Assembly (NCBI GenBank): GCA_045638385.1
Contig: JAZUBI010000128.1
Coordinates: 1-63,549, forward strand
DNA: 63,549 nucleotides
Reading direction: 5' to 3'
Source: Eubacteriales bacterium
GTDB lineage: Bacteria > Bacillota > Clostridia > Oscillospirales > CAG-272
The notes under the pieces: generated by a model
Databases searched by the model: none
Seen by the model: the letters and a program-made list of their open reading frames with translations, nothing else
Told to the model about the DNA's origin: nothing
Made by a program: the position numbers and the translations under genes
Part shown: one piece after another, positions 56,681 to 63,549 of the stretch
Position numbering within the stretch: the stretch's first letter is position 1
Layout of the letters: each line of letters begins with the position of its first letter

Positions 56681-57376
56681 TCATTTTCCGATCTCGGACT
56701 CCATCCTCAAAGCCGTAGCCTTCACAGAACGGAGCGGAAAGCCCGTTCCAAGCACGGTTTTCCCAATGTATTTTGGAAATTCACCCAAAACAAGGCTCGA
56801 CGTCATGCCCGCAGTATCAAACCAAAGATTTTCACTGTCTCGGCAAAGATCATAAACACCCTCTGCCTCATTTTCCTTAAGATAGCATAAAACGACCTTA
56901 ATATCGGGCGCAGACCGCACGAAATCGGCAAGCTCCTTGACGGTGGGAATTTCGGGGGTGATCATATGCGTCATTCTCTCGTCGGTCATTCTCGCGTTGA
57001 TAAAAATCGGAATATTCCTTTCGCCGGCATACCTTTTCACAAGCTCCAGCCCACCATGCTCAAGCGAGTAGCCCTGATAGCCCGGCACAAGACGAATACC
57101 TCTTACGTCAAACTCATCAAAGCACCTTTTCAGCGCGTGCTCATAGCACTGAACGGTAGGATTCGGGATAACGGTGTGAAAATATCCGCTATTCCCTATC
57201 ATTCTGCCAAGCTCCTCCTCGGCCTCGTAAAAATCGTTATAAAATATTGATTGGAGAGAGCTTACGTAACCGTGATCAATGCCGCATGCCGCATGCTCCT
57301 CAATAAGCGACCCAAGATCCGCGTTATCAAGTCTGTAAAATGGCCAATTACCCACAAAGCAATTATGATCCGTCAT
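56681..57376 (-). CDS. Amidohydrolase-related protein
   Basis: 231 aa, 4-nt overlap with the upstream amidohydrolase gene. TIM-barrel-like pattern without an N-terminal HxH. Confidence 0.55.
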   Translation of the reverse strand: MTDHNCFVGNWPFYRLDNADLGSLIEEHAACGIDHGYVSSLQSIFYNDFYEAEEELGRMIGNSGYFHTVIPNPTVQCYEHALKRCFDEFDVRGIRLVPGYQGYSLEHGGLELVKRYAGERNIPIFINARMTDERMTHMITPEIPTVKELADFVRSAPDIKVVLCYLKENEAEGVYDLCRDSENLWFDTAGMTSSLVLGEFPKYIGKTVLGTGFPLRSVKATALRMESEIGK

Positions 57377-58134
57377 ATTCCCTCACCTCCAAAGCCTTTA
57401 AATAAGGTAAGCGAGTTTTTGTAAAGTATTTTTTTCTTCGCTTCATCGCAAACACGGGCATCAAGCACCTTTCCGTACGGGATAGCAAAGGAGCATCCGG
57501 TCATATCCGACCCAAAAAGCACTCTGTCCTCTCCGAGGTGGTGCACCGCATATTCGACCTCTCCTCTGCGAGCAGTCGATCCGCTCACGTCAACGTAAAC
57601 GTTTTTAAGGTCACGAATACACTCAACACCCTCATAGCAATTTCCGTCCACGTGCGCCATTATAATATCAAGCTCCGGATATCGAAGCGCAAGCGCGCGT
57701 ATATTCGTTGCCGTGCTTTCGTTTGCGACCTGCCCCCGGCTCTTCTTGAACGAATGGATAAGCAAGGGCTTGCCGTACCCGATAAGCGCCTCGGCAAGGT
57801 AATCCACCTTTGGCGAATCGCATTTTTCGCTCACCCAGATCTTTGCGCCGATCATACCGTAATCCTCGATTCCACGTTTCAGGGTCGGGAGCGAATTGTC
57901 ATGCTCCGGACTCAGATAAACGTAGCCGCTGACACACTCGGGGTGCTCCTTCGTAAAAAGATAGACCTCACGATTCATGCTGTCGATCTCGTCCACGCTT
58001 GGGAAAAATCCCTTCAGCGCGCTGACACAAATTCGATCGATGCAGTACAGCTCAATATTTTTGAGCAATATCTGCTTTTCGCGCTCAATACCGCCCGCAA
58101 CGAAGATATGCGCATGCATATCTATAAGCTTCAT
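57373..58134 (-). CDS. Metal-dependent amidohydrolase (amidohydrolase_2/TatD-like)
   Basis: N-terminal IDMHAHIF (HxH), later conserved His (IMAHVDG) and Asp (FGSDM). Confidence 0.7.
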   Translation of the reverse strand: MKLIDMHAHIFVAGGIEREKQILLKNIELYCIDRICVSALKGFFPSVDEIDSMNREVYLFTKEHPECVSGYVYLSPEHDNSLPTLKRGIEDYGMIGAKIWVSEKCDSPKVDYLAEALIGYGKPLLIHSFKKSRGQVANESTATNIRALALRYPELDIIMAHVDGNCYEGVECIRDLKNVYVDVSGSTARRGEVEYAVHHLGEDRVLFGSDMTGCSFAIPYGKVLDARVCDEAKKKILYKNSLTLFKGFGGEGI

Positions 58135-58158
58135 TCTAAATTCCTCTTTTCAGATGCT

Positions 58159-59196
58159 TCAAAGGTCAATAGGCTTGCCGCTCTCACTCGACTCATAGAT
58201 AGCAAGAATGGTCTCAACGCTGCGCTTGCCGTCCTCAAAGCCGATGGATGGCTCGCCGCCCTCCCTTATTGCGCGGATCATATCCGCTATCTGCCTTCTG
58301 TGATTCTTGTAGGAGATATTTTCGGGCGAACTGAAGCCGCCCTTTACACCCTTTTCGGAGGAATATAGCAACTCCTCGGGAACAGTACACCCCTTAACGT
58401 CCCATCTTTTTATCTTGTCCTCAATAATAGTCGCAGAGCCAAGCGTTCCGTTTATATCGATAACACGGGGGTATCCGGGACTGACCGAGGTCGTGCCGTG
58501 TACCGTTCCCATAGCACCGCTCGCGTATTCAACGTAGGCGATCGCCGTGTCCTCGACCTCTATGTTGTGCACCTCGGTCTTGACACGTCCGAAAACGCGC
58601 GTAACAGGTCCCGCAAGGTAATTTATAAGGTCGATTCCGTGAATACCCTGATTCATAAGAGCTCCGCCGCCGTCCATAGCGCGTGTTCCGCGCCAGTTGC
58701 TCGATCTGTAATACTCGGGCGTGCGGTAGTATTTCATACTGATGTCAGCAATAAGTATCTTGCCGAACACACCGTCGTCGATAGCCTTTTTCACGAACTG
58801 AATAGCAGGGCTGAAGCGATGCTGTGATATGACCGCAAGCTTTACAGAGTATTTTTTGCAGGCATCCGCAATATCCGCCAACTGCTCGCGAGTGATAGCA
58901 AGGGGCTTTTCAACGATAAGATGCTTTCCTGCCGCTGCCGCCCGGACCGCCAAAGCGGAATGTAAGCCGCTCGGAGTGCAGATTGACACGATGTCAATTT
59001 CGGGCGAGGCAAGCATTTCCTCATACGTATCAAATATTTGTGCATCGAATTCTGAGGTAAAGCGCTCTGCCGCCTCCTTGCGGTCGGAGTAAACTCCCAC
59101 AAGCCTCGCCTCATCAAGATCCGAGATCGCGTGAGCGTGAAAATAGGAGATCATACCGCAACCGACTATGCCGATACCAAACCTTCTGTCTTTCAT
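58159..59196 (-). CDS. Gfo/Idh/MocA-family oxidoreductase
   Basis: Start moved to ATG 59196. Rossmann motif FGIGIVGCGMIS and the EKP motif (LIVEKPLA). Confidence 0.85.
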   Translation of the reverse strand: MKDRRFGIGIVGCGMISYFHAHAISDLDEARLVGVYSDRKEAAERFTSEFDAQIFDTYEEMLASPEIDIVSICTPSGLHSALAVRAAAAGKHLIVEKPLAITREQLADIADACKKYSVKLAVISQHRFSPAIQFVKKAIDDGVFGKILIADISMKYYRTPEYYRSSNWRGTRAMDGGGALMNQGIHGIDLINYLAGPVTRVFGRVKTEVHNIEVEDTAIAYVEYASGAMGTVHGTTSVSPGYPRVIDINGTLGSATIIEDKIKRWDVKGCTVPEELLYSSEKGVKGGFSSPENISYKNHRRQIADMIRAIREGGEPSIGFEDGKRSVETILAIYESSESGKPIDL

Positions 59197-59218
59197 TTTA
59201 TCTATACCTCTCAATCCT

Positions 59219-60214
59219 TCAGGCAAGCTTTGCAAGCTCGTCAAGATTTACCTCGGTACGCATTTTTTCGTTATTGAAAAGTCTCTCGCACTCCTCACAA
59301 ACGTGAAGAGCAATTCTCTTAAGTCCGTTTGAAACGGTGCCCGCAACGTGGGGAGTGAGAACAACGTTAGGCAAGCTCCTGAGTCTGTTGTCAACCACAG
59401 GAGGCTCGGGATTGGTTACGTCAATGCAAGCAAAGATCCTTCCCTTTTCAAGCTCCTCGATAAGCTCCTCCTCGTTTATTATAGTGCCGCGAGCGGTGTT
59501 GATAAGCACCGCGCCGTCCTTCATCAAAGCAAGATTAGACTTGTTGATCATGTTATCGGTAGCAGGGATAGCAGGCGCGTGGATCGACACAATGTCGCAC
59601 TCGGACATAAGCGTGTCAAGCTCTACCTTCTCAGCTCCGATCTCCTTTATCTGCTCTGCCGACAGCGTGGGGTCATACATCAAAACGTCAACGTGGAAAT
59701 TCTGCAACAGCTTTACCATATGTCTTCCAACGTATCCTCCGCTGATAACACCGACCTTAATATCGTAGAAGTCCTTGACTATCTCAAGACGGTTCTCATT
59801 CCAGCGACCCTCCGCCGTCTCTCTGCCAAGCTGATAAAATCCCTTGCAAGCGGAGATAGCAAATCCTAAAGCCGACTCTGCAACACCCTCGCCTATCGCA
59901 ACGGCGGAGTTGGTGATTCTGATCTTTCTCTCAACAAACTCGGGTGAGATGATGGGCTTGATCGATCCCGCGGCGTGAATGACCGCCTTAAGATCAGGGC
60001 AAGCTTTCAGTATCTTCTCACCGATCACGGGAGAATCCCAGGTGGTTACAATGACCTCCGAGCCCTTCACGAAATCGATAACGTATTCCTCATCCGAGAA
60101 ATCCTCTCTGTCGTAAATAAAGAGCTCGCCCTGCTCGGAGAGCCTCTTAAAATATTTCTCACCAAAGAGCTTGTCCTTGTAGTATGTGTTTACCAAAAGT
60201 GTAATTTTTCTCAT
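59219..60214 (-). CDS. D-isomer-specific 2-hydroxyacid dehydrogenase
   Basis: NAD motif GVISGGYVGRHMVKLL, with a catalytic RG...E...H pattern (TARGTII, TPHVAG). Confidence 0.85.
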   Translation of the reverse strand: MRKITLLVNTYYKDKLFGEKYFKRLSEQGELFIYDREDFSDEEYVIDFVKGSEVIVTTWDSPVIGEKILKACPDLKAVIHAAGSIKPIISPEFVERKIRITNSAVAIGEGVAESALGFAISACKGFYQLGRETAEGRWNENRLEIVKDFYDIKVGVISGGYVGRHMVKLLQNFHVDVLMYDPTLSAEQIKEIGAEKVELDTLMSECDIVSIHAPAIPATDNMINKSNLALMKDGAVLINTARGTIINEEELIEELEKGRIFACIDVTNPEPPVVDNRLRSLPNVVLTPHVAGTVSNGLKRIALHVCEECERLFNNEKMRTEVNLDELAKLA

Positions 60215-60215
60215 C

Positions 60216-61505
60216 TTAATTACCTCCCAAATTTTTGTAATAATCGGAATCTCTGTAGATTCCGCCGCTTATCTTATAAAATTCGTCATCAAGCGAATAC
60301 ACACCTCTTATAGGATCAGATAGTGCCGCCTTGCCGTAAAGCGGATGATATGTCTTCATTTTGTCCCAATTTATGTAGTTCTGAGCCCCGTTAGACTCAA
60401 AAATTCCGATATTCACTCCGGGGAAAGGCGAAATTCTTGCGGCAATGTTCTTGTTGATGTCAACCATGTACGGATTTACCGTAAGGTCGGCGCAGAAGCA
60501 ATGCACTCCTCTTTTTCCCGCCTCGTTTATTATAAGCAGGGTCTCGGATACCGTTTTCGCTATCGGCTTGAGCGCCAGAGCGCGGTAGCCTTGATCAAGC
60601 CTTCTCACCGTCGTTTCAAGCGAATATGCCGACTCATCCGCCGCGACAAGCGTCGGAATATCCGAAACGTCGGCAGAATTTTCCTCATCAAACGGCTCTT
60701 CAAGAATGACTATACTGTCGAGCGCCCCTATCCTGTCCGCATGATCAAGCAGTCGCATCAAGCGATCCTTCGTGTCATATCTGCCGTTCGCATCAAGATA
60801 ATATACGCACCTGCCGCTGTCGGTATAGGGCGTGCTGAAATTGCTCATAACGCCGTGAACCTCGGATAAGCGCGCCTTGTCCCACTCAAGCATCGAGTCA
60901 AGGTCTCCGTCTCCGCAAGGATTCGAGCCCACCTTTATCTTCATAAAGAAGCTGCCGTTTTCCGCCGCGCATCTTATCTCCTCCGCAGACGTCTTATAGC
61001 CTATAAGCGGTATCGAATATATCTGCTTCTGCCTGCCCGAAAGGTATTTACCCGTCTCACCGTCAACCAAAAGCGATATATCCTCTTCACCTCTCTCCTT
61101 CGAATAAAGCTGCCAGAGCGCATTATCAACCGCCACCAACGCATTAAGAGCGAAGGGGGGGCGGAGGTGGGGATTTTGTGTTATTTGCTTTGCATAGGCG
61201 TAGGCTTTATCAAAAATTGTCATTGTGGCCTCGATCGGGGTTGCAAATTCTCTGCCGCGAAGCAAATTTAACGCATACTCGCTGACGCGGTACATAAACA
61301 TATTGCCTTCCCTCTCGCTGTACCCGGAAAAGATGGCTTCATCTGCCCAGAGCACGCTCTGCACGCCTACTCCGATGCCCTCGTGATCCTCGCCCTTTAT
61401 CCTGACTACGACCTGCCAGAGCTCCGAAAGATAGCCTCCCTTGAAGCCAAACGGCTTTAACAGCGGCTCGACCTCGTAGGTGATTGAAGTATCAAGTATC
61501 TTCAT
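60216..61505 (-). CDS. Enolase-superfamily enzyme (mandelate racemase / muconate lactonising family)
   Basis: KxK (FMKIKVG) and metal ligands in order (YLDANG, ILEEPF, AADES), followed by the LKP lysine region. Confidence 0.75.
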   Translation of the reverse strand: MKILDTSITYEVEPLLKPFGFKGGYLSELWQVVVRIKGEDHEGIGVGVQSVLWADEAIFSGYSEREGNMFMYRVSEYALNLLRGREFATPIEATMTIFDKAYAYAKQITQNPHLRPPFALNALVAVDNALWQLYSKERGEEDISLLVDGETGKYLSGRQKQIYSIPLIGYKTSAEEIRCAAENGSFFMKIKVGSNPCGDGDLDSMLEWDKARLSEVHGVMSNFSTPYTDSGRCVYYLDANGRYDTKDRLMRLLDHADRIGALDSIVILEEPFDEENSADVSDIPTLVAADESAYSLETTVRRLDQGYRALALKPIAKTVSETLLIINEAGKRGVHCFCADLTVNPYMVDINKNIAARISPFPGVNIGIFESNGAQNYINWDKMKTYHPLYGKAALSDPIRGVYSLDDEFYKISGGIYRDSDYYKNLGGN

Positions 61506-61509
61506 TTTA

Positions 61510-62454
61510 TCAGTCCTTATATATCTTGCTTGCCTTTGAGCCGTAATCTATCTCAAACGCATAGCCGTCAAAGCCGTCGCTCTCGTCGAGCATATCAGCC
61601 GTGACCTCTGCCCCCGCAAGGCTGTCACGAGATTTCTTCAGGCAGAGCATAGCCTCACTCGAGTTTATAAGCCAATCAACGCTTACAAGCGCGCTCTCCT
61701 CCAGGCTTAACTGCTTTTCGATCTCTTGAAGCATCGGGGTATAGAGATCCGCCGTACCCACTGCCAAATAATGGACTCCCTTTGTGGTCATAACGGTCAC
61801 GCGGAAGGGGTACCAGGAGCCGTGCGTTACGCTGAACGTTCCCTGCACTCCGTTCTCAAAGTTTACAAAAAATGTTTCTGTATGCTTGCCTCCAACGTCC
61901 GATGCGCCAACGTATCTACCGCTCTTAAACTTAGCTCCCGCAAGGGTTGTGATGCCCTCCATTGCGTGAATTGCGTAGTTGAACTCGTCAAGACCGCAGG
62001 TGCAATAAATTGACATTACCTCGCCTCGCTCCTCTACGTCAAGGGCGAGAAAATCAAGTATTTCCTTGCAGTAGCGAAGCGATGAGCCGCCGTATATCTT
62101 AGCACCCGACTCGGAGAGTGCGCGGAGTCTATTTATATCCTTTACAGTACCTACTACGGGCTTATCGATGAATACGGGCTTTTTCGCCTTTATAAAGGGC
62201 ATTGCCTGATCGAGATGCTTTTCCCAGTTGCAGGATTGGACAAATCCAATGTCGACCTTATCCACCATTTCCTCAATGTTTTCAACCCTTCCTGCAAGTC
62301 CGAAGCGCTTTACGAACCAATCCGCCTCATCGTCTCCGCGGAAGCTGTTTTTTGCGATATAGTGGTACTGCATATCCGCAACACCGTTTTCAAAGCGCTG
62401 GGCGAATGCCAAGGGGTGAGAAACGTCTATACTAACGCCGCCGATTTTAAACAT
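61510..62454 (-). CDS. Gfo/Idh/MocA-like oxidoreductase with a degenerate dinucleotide motif
   Basis: FIDKPV (EKP-like) motif and a C-terminal alpha/beta domain. There is no canonical GxGxxG at the N-terminus. Confidence 0.55.
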   Translation of the reverse strand: MFKIGGVSIDVSHPLAFAQRFENGVADMQYHYIAKNSFRGDDEADWFVKRFGLAGRVENIEEMVDKVDIGFVQSCNWEKHLDQAMPFIKAKKPVFIDKPVVGTVKDINRLRALSESGAKIYGGSSLRYCKEILDFLALDVEERGEVMSIYCTCGLDEFNYAIHAMEGITTLAGAKFKSGRYVGASDVGGKHTETFFVNFENGVQGTFSVTHGSWYPFRVTVMTTKGVHYLAVGTADLYTPMLQEIEKQLSLEESALVSVDWLINSSEAMLCLKKSRDSLAGAEVTADMLDESDGFDGYAFEIDYGSKASKIYKD

Positions 62455-62616
62455 AATAGTATTTTCCTTTCCGAAAAAACAAATTTTTTACAATTACAGT
62501 ATAGCACATATTTTTCCTCGTGTATTTGCATAAAATTGGTTTTTCTTTGCAAAAAATAAAGTCGAATTACGAATAATTCGACTTTTTAACGATTTTTAAC
62601 GCATTATTTTTCACTT

Positions 62617-63408
62617 TTAAATACGGTTTAATACCTTGTAGACGGTCGGAGAGACCCCAACGTCACGCGAGAAGGAATTTGAGAAGTGATGCACGCTCTT
62701 GAACCCGAGCATATCGGATATTTGAGTTATATTTTTATCCGAATAGGTCAAGAGCTCCTTTGCCTTATCCATTTTGATTAGTCTTGCGTATTTCATAGGC
62801 GTAAATCCGACTACCGATTTAAAGCGCTTCAGAAAATATGTTTTTTCGAGAAATACCTCGTTGGCAAGCTCGTCAAGCGTGATCTCGTCCTCAAGATGCG
62901 CGTGCATATAAAGCACAGCCTTGAGTATCTTATCATCCCCGAAGATGACCTCCTCATAAGCGCCCTTTCCCTTTGCACAGCGCCTTAAATGGATGAATAT
63001 CTCGGACATATTGTGCTCGATTATGTCAAGATAAAACTCCTTTTTCTCATAAAGCTCGCGGCGAATGCTTTTGAGTATTGAATAGACCGGAGTTTCCTCG
63101 ACGTTTATCTCCCCCGCGCGTCTTGAAAGAAAGGTTGAAAGCTCCTTGTCCGCAAGCTCGAATTTGATCTCCAGCAATATCATCTTACCGTGACCGGATG
63201 AGGAAAACTCGTGCGTTTTTCCGGGCGGAGTGATATAAAAGCAGCCCTTTCTCAGCGGAATCTCATTGCCGTCCAGCACCATTCTTCCAGAGCCGTCCAC
63301 AACGTAAAAGCAATGAAAAAAATTATGCGAGTGCGAAACACCTTCATTTTGTTGATACGTGAGTATCTCACACCAAAGCAGATTTATCTTACGTTCTTCC
63401 ATATTCAC
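62617..63408 (-). CDS. AraC-family transcriptional regulator (cupin + HTH)
   Basis: N-terminal cupin (HSHNFFHCFYVVDG) and a C-terminal AraC HTH (ITLDELANEVFLEKTYFLKRFK...GFTPMKY). Confidence 0.85.
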   Translation of the reverse strand: MNMEERKINLLWCEILTYQQNEGVSHSHNFFHCFYVVDGSGRMVLDGNEIPLRKGCFYITPPGKTHEFSSSGHGKMILLEIKFELADKELSTFLSRRAGEINVEETPVYSILKSIRRELYEKKEFYLDIIEHNMSEIFIHLRRCAKGKGAYEEVIFGDDKILKAVLYMHAHLEDEITLDELANEVFLEKTYFLKRFKSVVGFTPMKYARLIKMDKAKELLTYSDKNITQISDMLGFKSVHHFSNSFSRDVGVSPTVYKVLNRI

Positions 63409-63549
63409 ATCCTCCCTTCAAAAGTCTCTTTAGGTGATTATATCACATACTTTTAAATTTTGCAACACCAAGATAAAAAGAATTGTAACAGGTATTGAAA
63501 ACACCTCATCAGTCACCTACGGTGACAGCTTCTCCTCAAGGAGAAGCCT

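Overview
63.5-kb chromosomal segment with Firmicutes/Clostridia-like gene content: carB, smpB-ssrA, a CUT1 sugar ABC transporter, cysE, pfp, rimO-pgsA and glnA. Two AraC-controlled oxidoreductase/sugar-acid-type clusters are also present. Housekeeping blocks are interrupted by visibly AT-richer accessory DNA at every t(m)RNA gene in the window. (1) ssrA (5702-6097) is followed by a ~4.8-kb integrase-less island, bounded by a copy of the tmRNA 3' end. It carries a KAP P-loop NTPase, a single-pass membrane protein and a cytoplasmic zinc-ribbon/LRR protein. (2) tRNA-fMet (56391-56469, minus) heads a ~5.5-kb composite island of minus-strand cargo modules: an AbiL-like AAA-ATPase/RloB pair, a short four-helix-bundle protein plus a 132-aa unknown, and a Pol-beta-type nucleotidyltransferase plus an unannotated 58-aa Asn-rich micro-ORF. 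These modules are separated by a 55-bp repeat that shares the tRNA T-loop core. (3) tRNA-Ser and tRNA-Leu carry short tandem 3'-end duplications. The most unusual non-coding signal is a set of three arrays of a short constant motif (TATCATCA/TGATGATA or GTGATGT/ACATCAC) alternating with variable small hairpins. Two of the arrays are diverged copies whose stems differ by compensatory changes. Two of the arrays (A and C) run into promoter-like sequence, and all three follow a t(m)RNA-3'-end-type repeat and a hairpin. Best candidates for an undescribed system: the nucleotidyltransferase + micro-ORF module, the KAP/TM/LRR trio, the array-bearing t(m)RNA-targeting element family itself, and a pair of paralogous domain proteins (31848-32582 and the C-terminus of 11239-12249) linked to zinc-ribbon/TPR and SPFH/SHOCT partners. 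All functional calls come from motif recognition by eye; no database search was possible.
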